The notes: generated by a model from the letters alone, not told the origin. Positions 45,589 through 55,605 are shown, counted from the stretch's first letter. The stretch is 64,000 nt of DNA from Fusobacteriaceae bacterium (GCA_051646055.1 JBOFCM010000129.1:895-64894); one strand, 5' to 3'. Numbers and translations: made by a program.

Positions 45589-46152
45589 ATGTTATCAATT
45601 GACATTGAAAAAGATCTGGAGGGAAGAGTTTCCCTAAAAAGATATAAGCATGTATTGGGAGTAGTAGAGACAGCGGAAAAATTGGCGGAACATTATGGAG
45701 TTTCAAAAGAGAAAGCGAAACTTGCAGCCCTTCTTCATGATATAATGAAGGAGGAAAAATTGGAAGTTCTAAACCATTTATGTTCTAAAAAAAAATTTAA
45801 AGAGATAAGGAAATATGAAAAATCCAATGAGGTACTCCATGGATTTGCAGGAGCAGAGTATGCAGAGGAAAAATACGGCATAAAAGACGAGGAGATTCTC
45901 AATGCCGTCAGATATCATACTGTTGGCAGAAAAAATATGGAGATTTTGGAAAAAATAATCTATATAGCTGATGGAATAGAACCTGGAAGAGAGTATGAAA
46001 ATGTGGATAAGATAAGAGAGTTGGCTTTTAAAGATTTAGATGAAGCCATACTCTTTGAAGTAAATAAAAAAATTATCTATCTTATAGAGACAGATAAAAT
46101 AATCCACATAAATGCTCTAAAAATGAGAAATGACCTACTAAAGAAGAGGTGA
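45589..46152 (+). CDS. yqeK: HD-domain bis(5'-nucleosyl)-tetraphosphatase YqeK
   Basis: RYKHVLGV...AALLHDIMKE and RYHTVGR motifs, 187 aa. Confidence 0.8.
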   Translation: MLSIDIEKDLEGRVSLKRYKHVLGVVETAEKLAEHYGVSKEKAKLAALLHDIMKEEKLEVLNHLCSKKKFKEIRKYEKSNEVLHGFAGAEYAEEKYGIKDEEILNAVRYHTVGRKNMEILEKIIYIADGIEPGREYENVDKIRELAFKDLDEAILFEVNKKIIYLIETDKIIHINALKMRNDLLKKR

Positions 46153-46155
46153 AAT

Positions 46156-48276
46156 ATGAAAATAAATAAGGAAAAAGAAAAAATACTGGAGCTTTTTAAA
46201 AAGAATAACTCTCTCAAATATGAGGAGATTGTAAAGCTTGCAGGCTGGTCTAAAAAGTTTAAAGGGGACAATAAAAATATCCTGGATGAGATGATAGAAG
46301 AGGGAGATCTGGTTAAAAATCAGAGAGGAAAATACTCTTCCCCTGAACGTCACGGTTTTGTGAAAGGGGAGTTCAATATAATAAAAGACAGATTTGCCTT
46401 TGTAGATACTCCTACTGAAGGAATATTCGTTCCTAGAGTCCATTTTAATGGTGCCCTGGATGGGGATATTGTTATGATAAGAGTAAAAGAGGGATATTAT
46501 GATAAAAGTAAAAAAGAGGGAGAAGTAGTAAAAATTATAAAAAGAAACCGTGATACGGTAATAGGAGTTTTCCAGAAGATGGAGAATTTCGGATTTGTAG
46601 TTCCAACTCACTCCTTCGGTAAAGATATATTCATTCCCTATAAAGCCATGGGAAAAGCTAAACATGGAGAGCTTGTAGTTGTAAAACTGGATTTCTGGGG
46701 AGATGAGAAAAAGAAACCAGAGGGAACAATTATTGAAGTTATAGGAGATCCATCGAACACTGATAACATGCTGGAAGCCTTGATAAAACGTGAAGGTATG
46801 AGAGAGGATTTCCCAGATGAGGCTCTGGCTGAAGCAAGAAGAATCCCTGTAACAATTGAGGAAAATGAGATAAAGAGAAGAAAAGATCTGAGAAATCTAA
46901 AAATAATTACCATAGATGGAGCAGATGCCAAGGATCTAGATGATGCTGTTTATGTTGAAAAACATGAGAATGGAAATTACAGGCTTATAGTTGCTATAGC
47001 TGATGTAAGTCATTATATTCCAGTGGGGTCTAACCTGGACAAAGAAGCTGAAAAGCGTGGAAACTCTGTATATATGGTGGACAGAGTTCTTCCGATGTTT
47101 CCCAAAGAGATATCCAACGGAATCTGTTCTTTGAATCCTAGAGAGGACAAACTCACATTTACCTGTGATATGCTTTTTGACTCCAAAGGAAAGATGATAA
47201 GTGCAGATACTTATAAATCAGTAATCAGAACTGTTCATAGAATGACGTATGGGGATGTAAATCTAATTTTGGCAGGAGACGGAGAGAAAATCAAGGAGTA
47301 TGAAGATATTCTGGAAGAGGTAGGAGTTATGGCTGAACTAGCGAAACTCATAAGAGGCCTAAAATATACCAGAGGAAGTATAGATTTCGATATTCCAGAG
47401 GCAAAAGTTATACTGGATGAGAAGGGAAAAGTAAAAGAGGTTAAAAAAATAGAGCGTGGAGAATCAGAGAGAATCATAGAGGATTTCATGATTGCAGCCA
47501 ATGAGGCTATAGCAGAAAAACTTTTCTGGCTAGAAGTGCCGTCTATCTACAGAATCCATGAGAAACCAGATGCAGAGAGAATCCAGATACTCAACGAGAT
47601 ATTGGGTAAGTTTAAGTATAGAATCCATGACTTAGAAGATGTACACCCGAAAAGATTCCAAAAAATAGTGGAAGATTCCAAAGAGAGAGGTCTCAATCTC
47701 ATAGTTCATAAAAGTATACTCATGGCTCTAAAACAGGCTAGATATTCTAAAGAAAATTTAGGACATTTCGGTCTGGCATCAGGATTCTACACACACTTTA
47801 CATCTCCGATCAGAAGATATGCAGATCTCATGGTACACAGAGTGCTGGCATTGACTCTCAATGGGTATCCTGAAAAAAAAGCTCTCAAAGGTCTAGCGGA
47901 AAGATTGGAAAATATAGCACTCCACATATCCAAAACAGAGAGAGATGCTATGGGTGTGGAAGATGAAAGTAAAAAAATCAAGATAGTAGATTATATGAAG
48001 GATAAGGTTGGAGAGGAGTATGAAGCTACCATTATCGGATTCAACAATAAGAAAGTATTCTTCGAAACTGAACTGAATATTGAGTGTTTCTGGGATATTA
48101 CAGCAGCACAGGATGATTATTATGAATTTAATGAGCATGAGTTCACTATGACAGGAAAAAACACAGGGAAAATTTACTCTCTGGGAGAGAAGCATAGAGT
48201 GAGAATAGCCAGAGTAGATCTTCCTAATCTTGAAATTGAGGGAATACCAGTGGAAGATGAAAACGAACAGGAGTAG
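46156..48276 (+). CDS. rnr: Ribonuclease R
   Basis: Cold-shock/OB N-terminal region, RNB catalytic motif ITIDGADAKDLDDAV, C-terminal S1 domain. smpB follows. Confidence 0.9.
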   Translation: MKINKEKEKILELFKKNNSLKYEEIVKLAGWSKKFKGDNKNILDEMIEEGDLVKNQRGKYSSPERHGFVKGEFNIIKDRFAFVDTPTEGIFVPRVHFNGALDGDIVMIRVKEGYYDKSKKEGEVVKIIKRNRDTVIGVFQKMENFGFVVPTHSFGKDIFIPYKAMGKAKHGELVVVKLDFWGDEKKKPEGTIIEVIGDPSNTDNMLEALIKREGMREDFPDEALAEARRIPVTIEENEIKRRKDLRNLKIITIDGADAKDLDDAVYVEKHENGNYRLIVAIADVSHYIPVGSNLDKEAEKRGNSVYMVDRVLPMFPKEISNGICSLNPREDKLTFTCDMLFDSKGKMISADTYKSVIRTVHRMTYGDVNLILAGDGEKIKEYEDILEEVGVMAELAKLIRGLKYTRGSIDFDIPEAKVILDEKGKVKEVKKIERGESERIIEDFMIAANEAIAEKLFWLEVPSIYRIHEKPDAERIQILNEILGKFKYRIHDLEDVHPKRFQKIVEDSKERGLNLIVHKSILMALKQARYSKENLGHFGLASGFYTHFTSPIRRYADLMVHRVLALTLNGYPEKKALKGLAERLENIALHISKTERDAMGVEDESKKIKIVDYMKDKVGEEYEATIIGFNNKKVFFETELNIECFWDITAAQDDYYEFNEHEFTMTGKNTGKIYSLGEKHRVRIARVDLPNLEIEGIPVEDENEQE

Positions 48277-48282
48277 AATATT

Positions 48283-48729
48283 ATGATATTAGCTAATAAT
48301 AAAAAAGCATTTTTCGATTATTTTATAGAAGATAGATATGAAGCGGGAATAGAACTGGTGGGAAGCGAGGTAAAATCCATTAAAGCTGGTCACCTAAGTA
48401 TCAAAGAAGCCTTTGTAAGAATTATAAATGGTGAGATATTTATAATGGGGATGAGTGTGACCCCGTGGAAATTTGGAAGTGTTTATAATCCTGAGGAGCG
48501 GCGAGTGAGAAAGCTGCTTCTCAACAAGGCAGAGATTAAAAAAATTCATGAAAAGGTAACTCAAAAGGGATACACTATAATGCCACTTAATGTGCATCTT
48601 TCTAAGGGGTATGTAAAAGTGGAAATCGGAGTTGCCAAGGGTAAGAAAAATTACGATAAAAGAGATAGTTTGGCAAGTAAAGATCAGAAAAGAGATATAG
48701 AGAGAGCTCTTAAGGAGAGAATGAAATAA
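48283..48729 (+). CDS. smpB: SsrA-binding protein
   Basis: NKKAFFDYFIEDRYEAGIELVGSEVKS N-terminus, 148 aa. Confidence 0.92.
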   Translation: MILANNKKAFFDYFIEDRYEAGIELVGSEVKSIKAGHLSIKEAFVRIINGEIFIMGMSVTPWKFGSVYNPEERRVRKLLLNKAEIKKIHEKVTQKGYTIMPLNVHLSKGYVKVEIGVAKGKKNYDKRDSLASKDQKRDIERALKERMK

Positions 48730-48780
48730 ATTTTCAAGATTATCTTGAATTGGAATTAAGGTCACAGGAGTTGGTCAGAT

Positions 48781-49278
48781 TTGGTAAAAAAAATCTGTTT
48801 TATATTTATTGTTTTTAATACTTGTATATTCTCGAATTCACAGCCGATTATTGAAAAATCTCTGTTACATATAAAAAATGGAATTTTTATACCCAAGGGA
48901 GGTAAAACTCCCTTTACAGGGATGGCCACAAATGAAAGGGATCGAGAATTTTATAGGGATGGAAAACCTCATGGGAAATGGTTGAATTTCTATGAAAATG
49001 GAAATCTGAAGAGTATTGAAAGTTGGAAAGATGGGATTCTCAATGGAAAACATATACTCTATAATCAGGATGAGATAAAGCTTTCAGAGATATATTACCG
49101 AGACGGGAATGAAGATGGAAAATATATTCTTTTTCACGATAATGGAATTCCATATATAGTGGGAGAATTTATAGATGGAGAAGCTTCGGGGATTTGGTAT
49201 TATTATAATGAAAGTGGTAAACTCACAGGGAGCAACGATTTTCGAAAAAAGATAAGAGATAAAAAAATAAAATATTAA
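48781..49278 (+). CDS. Secreted MORN-repeat-variant (YwqK-like) protein
   Basis: Signal peptide and repeated Y-x-N/DG-x-L/K...G-x-x-x-G-K units. TTG start lies 8 nt after AGGAG. Confidence 0.6.
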   Translation: MVKKICFIFIVFNTCIFSNSQPIIEKSLLHIKNGIFIPKGGKTPFTGMATNERDREFYRDGKPHGKWLNFYENGNLKSIESWKDGILNGKHILYNQDEIKLSEIYYRDGNEDGKYILFHDNGIPYIVGEFIDGEASGIWYYYNESGKLTGSNDFRKKIRDKKIKY

Positions 49279-49281
49279 AAG

Positions 49282-49311
49282 AAAAAAGAGTACTTTCGTA
49301 CTCTTTTTTTC
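49282..49311. terminator. Bidirectional intrinsic terminator
   Basis: A6, stem AGAGTAC / GTACTCT, then T8, between the MORN gene (+) and rpsT (-). Confidence 0.75.
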
Positions 49312-49339
49312 TATCAACAATATAACTTGAAAAAGTTAA

Positions 49340-49600
49340 TTAAAGTGCGTTAACTTTAGCTGCAAGTCTTGACTTTTTTCTAGAAGAAGTATTAGCTTTG
49401 AATACTCCTTTAGTAACTGCTTTGTCAAGCTCTTTGTAAGCTACAGATAGAGCTGATTTAGCTGCATCTAAGTTCTTGTTCTCAACTGCAACTAGAACTC
49501 TTTTAACCATAGTCTTAACTCTTGATTTGATTGCAACGTTTCTCTCTCTGTTTCTCTCGTTGATTAATATTCTCTTTTTTGCTGATGTTGAATGTGCCAT
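49340..49600 (-). CDS. rpsT: 30S ribosomal protein S20
   Basis: MAHSTSAKKRILINERNRERN N-terminus, 86 aa. Confidence 0.92.
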   Translation of the reverse strand: MAHSTSAKKRILINERNRERNVAIKSRVKTMVKRVLVAVENKNLDAAKSALSVAYKELDKAVTKGVFKANTSSRKKSRLAAKVNAL

Positions 49601-49641
49601 GTTTTAAAAACCTCCGTTAATTTACAAATCTCATAATAAAC

Positions 49642-49670
49642 ATAATAACATAAATATAGTATAATGTCAA
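49642..49670 (-). promoter_or_regulatory. Candidate rpsT promoter
   Basis: On the minus strand: TTGACA (49670-49665), 17-nt spacer, TATTAT (49647-49642). Confidence 0.45.
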
Positions 49671-49784
49671 TATGATCGTTTAAAATATGCACAATGGACC
49701 TAGAATAATTATATCATAAAAACAGAAAAAGTCAAATGTAAAATAAAATTTCATGTAAAAAATGTCAGAGAGGAAATTTAATCT

Positions 49785-49813
49785 TTGATAAAAATGGAAA
49801 AATGAGGTATTAT
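49785..49813 (+). promoter_or_regulatory. Candidate promoter of the helicase operon
   Basis: TTGATA (49785-49790), 17-nt spacer, TATTAT (49808-49813). Confidence 0.4.
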
Positions 49814-49866
49814 ATAATGTAAATAAATTGAAAAAATGAGAGTATTTAAATATAGAAAGGAACTTT

Positions 49867-52326
49867 ATGAATATAAAAGAGAAAATCTCCCTGTCGGCGG
49901 TAGCCCTTATAAGGGAGGAGATAAAAAACTCCCATGGAAACGAAGTTTTTTTTAGAGGGATAGTGGATGAGGACGGAGTTGTAGAGAAAGTGGAAGCTAT
50001 AGCTCGTGGGAACTCTCATTCGGCACCTGCTATATTAAAAAGAATGAAAAAAGGGGAAGTAATAATTCATAATCATCCCTCGGGTTTTCTCTATCCTTCA
50101 GATGCTGATATAGAGGTAGCTTCATATTATGCCAATAAGGATAACGGTGGGTTTTATATTGTAAATAATGATGTGACGGATATATATGTGGTGGTAGAAA
50201 TATATGATGAAAAAAATATTCCAATAGACATAAAACCATATTTTCAGGAGTCAGGAATAATCTCTCAGCATTTTAAGGGATTTGAATATCGTGCTGAACA
50301 GCTAGAGATGGCAGCTTTAATAGAAGAGGGGTTAAATGGCGAGAAAAAAGTTATCGTGGAAGCCGGGACAGGAACCGGAAAAACCATGGCTTATCTTATT
50401 CCTGGAATAGAATGGGCTGTGAAAAATAAAAAACGTATAATTTTTTCCACTAACACAATAAACCTTCAGGAACAACTTTTGAATAAGGATATACCTCTAG
50501 TAAAAAAAATTCTGGGGTATGATTTTAAATATATGCTTGTGAAGGGAAGGGGGAACTATCTCTGTAACAGAAAATACTATAATCAGCTTATGGGAGAGAA
50601 ACCCGATATGAGCGAGTATTCTATGGGGCAGAAAAATCAGTTTGCTCAAATTCTTAAATGGGGAGGAACCACAGAGAAGGGAGACAGAGCTGAGCTGACT
50701 TTTGAAGTTGATTCTACAGTGTGGGAGAATTTTCACAGTGAGACAGATATCTGTGCAGGAAATCGTTGTCAGTACAGAGATGAGTGTTTCTTTTTTAAAG
50801 TAAGGGATGAAAAAAAGAAGGCAGATGTCCTTATTACCAACCACCATCTCTACTTTACAGATCTAGCTATACGGAAAGAGATAGGATTTTCTACAGAGTA
50901 TTCCATACTTCCAGAGTACCATGCCATAGTTTTTGATGAGGCACACAATGTGGAAAAAGTGGCCCGAGATTACTTTTCCAGTGAAGTTTCTAAACTGGGA
51001 TTTGTAAAACTTCTGAATAAGATTGAGAATATGGACAGAAAGAAAAAAAATAATGGAGTATTGCCCCATGTAGAAAGGGAGTGCAAAACTCAAAAATCTG
51101 ATCAAGGGATTGCCCTGATTCAGGAGTTGAGAATACAGCATGGAGACTTATCCAATGAGGTAAAAAAATATTTTAATGAGATTATAGGTATATTTACCAA
51201 TGAGAGACAGGAAACAGCTTCAATAAGGTTAAAACCTAAGGATCCTCACCACGAAAGAGGGATTGAAAAGCTAAGAGATCTGACAAGGGAGTTTATGATA
51301 GTCTACAAACGGTACAGCAGAACCTCTAGAACTCTTATAAAAATTCTGAGAGAGCTGGAGGATGAGGACGGGAATATCAATGAACTTATCAGATATTTAG
51401 AGAGGGTAGATGACAGTGCCACAGCTCTCAACAGTATAGATCTTATGGAGGATGAGGAATCCATATACTGGATAGATGTAAATCGTAGAAAGGGATATGC
51501 AAAAAGAGTTGCAACCCCTCTTAAGATAAACAGTGAGCTTCAGAAAAATCTTTTTATAAATCTGAAGACCATAATTTTCACATCAGCTACAATAGCGATA
51601 GGGAAAAGTTTTAAATATTTCAAAGATTCCATAGGGCTCACGGAGGAGTGTGTGGAAGGAGTTATTCATTCTCCTTTCAATTACAACGAACAGATGGAAG
51701 TCTATATCACAAAAGATATGCCAGATCCTGGATCAAGGGAGTTTCCAGTAGAGGCAGCAAATTTTCTGGCAGGTTTCCTTTCAGCCAGTCAGGGAAGGTG
51801 TTTTGTACTTTTTACAGCATATTCAGCCCTAAACTTCATATATTACTCCATCCGTGATGAGCTGGAAGCTCAAGGAATAGATTTTTTTGTTCATGGAACT
51901 GCGCCTCGTACCCATCTGGTGGAGATGTATAAAAAAGCTGATAAACCTGTCCTTCTAGGGACGGATTCCTTTTGGGAAGGAGTGGATATCAGAGGGGAAA
52001 AACTTAGCTCGGTGGTAATAGTAAAACTGCCTTTTAAGGTACCCAATGATCCCATAACTGAAGCTATAATAGAAAATCTCACTCAGCAGGGAAGAAACTC
52101 ATTTACAGAGTATCAGATTCCAGAAGCAGTGATAAAGTTCAAACAGGGAATAGGAAGACTGGTAAGAAGTAAAAGTGATAAAGGAAATATAACTATACTG
52201 GATAACAGAGTTATAACGAAAAAATATGGGGAGTTTTTTAGAGAAGCGATACCCACTGAAAAAATAGAATATATAGAAAAAAATAATCTCATTAAAAAGA
52301 TAGCAGGGGGAGTGAAATTGAAATGA
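49867..52326 (+). CDS. DinG/XPD-family Fe-S ATP-dependent DNA helicase with N-terminal JAB/MPN (JAMM) domain
   Basis: aa ~1-120 carry the JAMM motif HNHPSGFLYPSDAD (HxHx7Sx2D) with an upstream Glu (GNEVFF). The rest has Walker A AGTGTGKT, four Cys (CNRK; CAGNRCQYRDEC) and DEAH (FDEAHN), plus a Helicase_C_2-like C-terminus. Confidence 0.8.
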   Translation: MNIKEKISLSAVALIREEIKNSHGNEVFFRGIVDEDGVVEKVEAIARGNSHSAPAILKRMKKGEVIIHNHPSGFLYPSDADIEVASYYANKDNGGFYIVNNDVTDIYVVVEIYDEKNIPIDIKPYFQESGIISQHFKGFEYRAEQLEMAALIEEGLNGEKKVIVEAGTGTGKTMAYLIPGIEWAVKNKKRIIFSTNTINLQEQLLNKDIPLVKKILGYDFKYMLVKGRGNYLCNRKYYNQLMGEKPDMSEYSMGQKNQFAQILKWGGTTEKGDRAELTFEVDSTVWENFHSETDICAGNRCQYRDECFFFKVRDEKKKADVLITNHHLYFTDLAIRKEIGFSTEYSILPEYHAIVFDEAHNVEKVARDYFSSEVSKLGFVKLLNKIENMDRKKKNNGVLPHVERECKTQKSDQGIALIQELRIQHGDLSNEVKKYFNEIIGIFTNERQETASIRLKPKDPHHERGIEKLRDLTREFMIVYKRYSRTSRTLIKILRELEDEDGNINELIRYLERVDDSATALNSIDLMEDEESIYWIDVNRRKGYAKRVATPLKINSELQKNLFINLKTIIFTSATIAIGKSFKYFKDSIGLTEECVEGVIHSPFNYNEQMEVYITKDMPDPGSREFPVEAANFLAGFLSASQGRCFVLFTAYSALNFIYYSIRDELEAQGIDFFVHGTAPRTHLVEMYKKADKPVLLGTDSFWEGVDIRGEKLSSVVIVKLPFKVPNDPITEAIIENLTQQGRNSFTEYQIPEAVIKFKQGIGRLVRSKSDKGNITILDNRVITKKYGEFFREAIPTEKIEYIEKNNLIKKIAGGVKLK

Positions 52327-54392
52327 AAAAAATAGATATTTTCGGTTTTCAGATATCTCTCGGGGTAGAGAGAAAAAACTGGGACGATCCGGAAATCTAT
52401 TCCAGTGAAACTATTTTTAGAGAAAAAATATTTTATTTTATTATAATTGCCTGTTTTTTTGTTCTCAGCAAACAGGCCAGTAATTTTTTGGGAAGTGAGA
52501 ACTATAAGGCTGGAGATGTTGTTAAAATGGATCTTTATGCTCCCAGAGACATTGTATATCGGGATGAGAATGCCAAAAATAGGATAATAGAGGGACTCAT
52601 CTTAACATCTGGAAAAGAGTATCTTTTTGTTGCCAATGCCGAAAAATATTATCTAGAGAGCTTTGAAAATTTTTTCCAGAAAATAGAAACGGCTCGTGAG
52701 AAGAAAATCGCCTTTAACAATCAGGCTTTTGAAAAAGAATCTGGAATAGCCATTCCCCTTCAGCTTTCAGCTGATTTTGTCTCTCTTTCAAAAAAAGAGT
52801 TGGAAAAAAGAAGAAAAAATATAAGAGAGATAATAGAAACGGCATATAAAGAGGGAATATTTAAAGAAAATGAAAAGATAGAGATTCCGGAAGCTGCAAG
52901 GACAAAAATAGAGAAGTTGGGAAATTTAGATATGGATCTGGTAAGACTATTTATAGTTCCCAATTATATCTATGATATGGAAAAAACAAAAAATTCTCTT
53001 AAGGAAAAGGTGAACCAGATAGGGGACCAGCTTGTAATGATAAAAGGTGGAGACCTCATTGCTGAAAAAGGTGAACTACTTACGGATTCTAAGATAAAAC
53101 TTATGGAAGCTGCAGGGATATATTCCTTTAAAAAGAATGTTTTCATGATGGTTTTAAATGTGATATATTTGACTATAGTATCCACTCTGTTTTTCATGTT
53201 AAGCAAAATCACCCTAAAAAAAGAGATACTGAATAAAAATATATATCGGAGCAGTCTTCTGATAATAGGGACCATGTTTGCCATGTATAGGTTTATAGGA
53301 AGTGAACATATTTTTCTGGTTCCCTTCGATGCTGTACTATTTCTGCTACTCATTCTGACCAATGGAAATTATACCTTTGTACTGCTTATATTTCAGATGG
53401 GACTTCTTCTGCCCATGATAGATTTTAATTCTAAATTCTTTATAATAAATCTGCTGACAATAATGTATTCCATGTATCTGGTAAAAAAGATAAGAACCAG
53501 ATCTGAGGTCTTGAACATAGGAATAAAGATTGCTATAATAAAAGTTATGATTTTTATGCTTTTGGCGATATTTTCAAAGGATGATCCCTCTACTCTGGTG
53601 TTAAAAAGTTCAGAGATACTTGTTTCGGGAGTGCTGTCAGGGATGCTGACTCTGGCTTTTATCCCTTATTTTGAGAGAACCTTCAATCTCCTGAATATTT
53701 TCAGGCTCCTTGAACTTGGAGATCTCTCTAATCCTGTATTGAAGAGACTATCTATGGAGGCTCCGGGAACTTTCCAGCACAGCATAATGGTAGCTACACT
53801 TTCTGAAAGTGCCGCAGAGAATATAGGAGCAGATTCAGTTTTTACAAGAGTAGCAGCATACTATCATGATATAGGAAAACTTAAAAGGCCTAAATTTTTT
53901 GTAGAGAATCAATATAATGAAAAAAATCCTCATGATGCTATATCTCCATTTATGAGTAATCTCATAATAAAATCCCACACAAAGGATGGAGTGGAACTAG
54001 GGAAAAAATATAAAATCCCTAAAGAGATAAGGGATATAATGTGTGAACATCAGGGGACAACTCTTCTGGCATATTTTTTTAATAAAGCTAGAAAAATTGA
54101 TCCCAACAGTAAAAAAGAGGACTTTAAATATACAGGTCCAAAACCAAGAACCAAAGAGTCAGCGATTATAATGCTGGCAGATTCCATAGAGGCAGCAGTC
54201 CGTTCCATGGATGAAAAGACTCAGGTTACAATTGAGGCTATGGTTGAAAAGATAATAAATTCTAAAATAGAGGATGCTCAGCTTTCAGAAGCGGATCTTA
54301 CTTTCCGAGAGATAGAGCAGATAAAAAACAGTTTTGTAAATACCCTGGTATCCATGCACCATGCAAGAATGAAATATCCAGGACAAAAATAG
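52323..54392 (+). CDS. pgpH: 7TM-HD membrane phosphohydrolase (PgpH-like cyclic-di-AMP phosphodiesterase family)
   Basis: Extracellular N-terminal domain, 7-TM block, C-terminal HD domain (YYHDIGK, HQGTTL). ATGA overlap with the helicase gene. Confidence 0.8.
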   Translation: MKKIDIFGFQISLGVERKNWDDPEIYSSETIFREKIFYFIIIACFFVLSKQASNFLGSENYKAGDVVKMDLYAPRDIVYRDENAKNRIIEGLILTSGKEYLFVANAEKYYLESFENFFQKIETAREKKIAFNNQAFEKESGIAIPLQLSADFVSLSKKELEKRRKNIREIIETAYKEGIFKENEKIEIPEAARTKIEKLGNLDMDLVRLFIVPNYIYDMEKTKNSLKEKVNQIGDQLVMIKGGDLIAEKGELLTDSKIKLMEAAGIYSFKKNVFMMVLNVIYLTIVSTLFFMLSKITLKKEILNKNIYRSSLLIIGTMFAMYRFIGSEHIFLVPFDAVLFLLLILTNGNYTFVLLIFQMGLLLPMIDFNSKFFIINLLTIMYSMYLVKKIRTRSEVLNIGIKIAIIKVMIFMLLAIFSKDDPSTLVLKSSEILVSGVLSGMLTLAFIPYFERTFNLLNIFRLLELGDLSNPVLKRLSMEAPGTFQHSIMVATLSESAAENIGADSVFTRVAAYYHDIGKLKRPKFFVENQYNEKNPHDAISPFMSNLIIKSHTKDGVELGKKYKIPKEIRDIMCEHQGTTLLAYFFNKARKIDPNSKKEDFKYTGPKPRTKESAIIMLADSIEAAVRSMDEKTQVTIEAMVEKIINSKIEDAQLSEADLTFREIEQIKNSFVNTLVSMHHARMKYPGQK

Positions 54393-54401
54393 GAGGAAAA
54401 C

Positions 54402-54881
54402 ATGGAGTTAGTATTAGACCTATCCATTGAAGTTGATGGATATGAAAAACTTTTAAATGAGGAAAAAATATCTAAATATATAGAAGAAGTGATAAGTGAT
54501 GAATTCACTCCGGAAAAGCCTGTATATGTCTCTGTAGCTGTGGTGGATAACGAGAGAATTCAGGAGATAAACAGAGATTATAGAGGAAAAGATTCCCCTA
54601 CAGATGTAATATCTTTTGCCTATCATGAAACAGAGGATTTTGATATAGGGCCCTATGATACATTGGGGGATATAGTAATCTCCATAGACCGTGTGGCAGA
54701 ACAGGCTTCTGAATATAATCACACAGTAACAAGAGAGTTTTATTATGTGCTGACCCATGGACTTCTTCATCTTATGGGATACGACCATATAGAGGCAGAA
54801 GATAAGGAGGAGATGAGGGCAAGAGAGGAAGAGATACTGGAAAAATTCGGTTACGGAAGGGACTGCCATGAAGAGGAATAG
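54402..54881 (+). CDS. ybeY: rRNA maturation endoribonuclease YbeY
   Basis: Zinc motif HGLLHLMGYDH. Confidence 0.92.
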   Translation: MELVLDLSIEVDGYEKLLNEEKISKYIEEVISDEFTPEKPVYVSVAVVDNERIQEINRDYRGKDSPTDVISFAYHETEDFDIGPYDTLGDIVISIDRVAEQASEYNHTVTREFYYVLTHGLLHLMGYDHIEAEDKEEMRAREEEILEKFGYGRDCHEEE

Positions 54882-55590
54882 AGTTACGGGAGAGGAATAT
54901 GATATCATTCAGAGCTTTAATTATGCCATAGACGGTATTTTTGAAGCTATAAGAAGCGAAAGACATATGAAATTTCATGGATTTGTAACGGTTATTGCTA
55001 TTATGGTCTGTATTTTTTCGGATATAACAAGGTATGAGATGCTGGCCCTAGGACTATGCATAACCCTAGTATGGTTGGCAGAATTATTAAATAGTGCAGT
55101 AGAAGCTGTGGTAGATATGGTCACTGAGGAGTATCATCCTCTGGCCAAGAGGGCCAAAGATATAGCTGCAGGAGCGGTACTGGTAACTGGACTCAATGCT
55201 CTTTTTGTGGGATATATAATTTTTTCTAGAAGAATAGCTTTTTATATGAATAACCTGTTTTTCAACCTGAGAAATTCATTTCAGAATACTCTTATGCTCA
55301 TTTTAATAATTGTGGTTGTACTTGTAATCTTGATAAAATCTTACTACAAAAAAGGTTCATATTTGAGAGGAGGGCTCCCAAGCGGTCATAGTGCCCTGGG
55401 AGCTTCAGCTTTTACAGCTGTGGCTTTTTTAACCCAGGATTCTAAAGTTTTTTTTCTTGCACTCATACTCCTAATATTGGTGATGCAGTCTAGAGTTGAA
55501 GGAAAGATTCATACAGTAAAAGAAACTATTTTGGGGGCAATGCTTGGATCGGGAGTCACATATATAGCTCTGAAAATAATAGGTTTTTAA
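54868..55590 (+). CDS. dgkA: Diacylglycerol/undecaprenol kinase (DgkA) fused to a short PAP2-like lipid phosphatase module
   Basis: The N-terminal 120 aa are DgkA-like (AELLNSAVEAVVD, AKDIAAGAVL). The C-terminal 115 aa carry PAP2 motifs C2 PSGHS and C3-like SRVEGKIHT. Confidence 0.7.
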   Translation: MKRNRVTGEEYDIIQSFNYAIDGIFEAIRSERHMKFHGFVTVIAIMVCIFSDITRYEMLALGLCITLVWLAELLNSAVEAVVDMVTEEYHPLAKRAKDIAAGAVLVTGLNALFVGYIIFSRRIAFYMNNLFFNLRNSFQNTLMLILIIVVVLVILIKSYYKKGSYLRGGLPSGHSALGASAFTAVAFLTQDSKVFFLALILLILVMQSRVEGKIHTVKETILGAMLGSGVTYIALKIIGF

Positions 55591-55605
55591 GAAAGGGGAA
55601 GAGGT

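Noticed and set aside
46138-46665. 175-aa minus-strand ORF overlapping the rnr 5' region
   Set aside because: It is antisense to a strongly supported RNase R frame. It is Phe/Ile/Tyr-rich as expected from antisense AT-rich coding DNA, and it has no RBS.
48730-48780. Looked for tmRNA (ssrA) directly downstream of smpB
   Set aside because: The gap is only about 50 nt and lacks a tRNA-like acceptor/T-arm or tag reading frame. ssrA must lie elsewhere.
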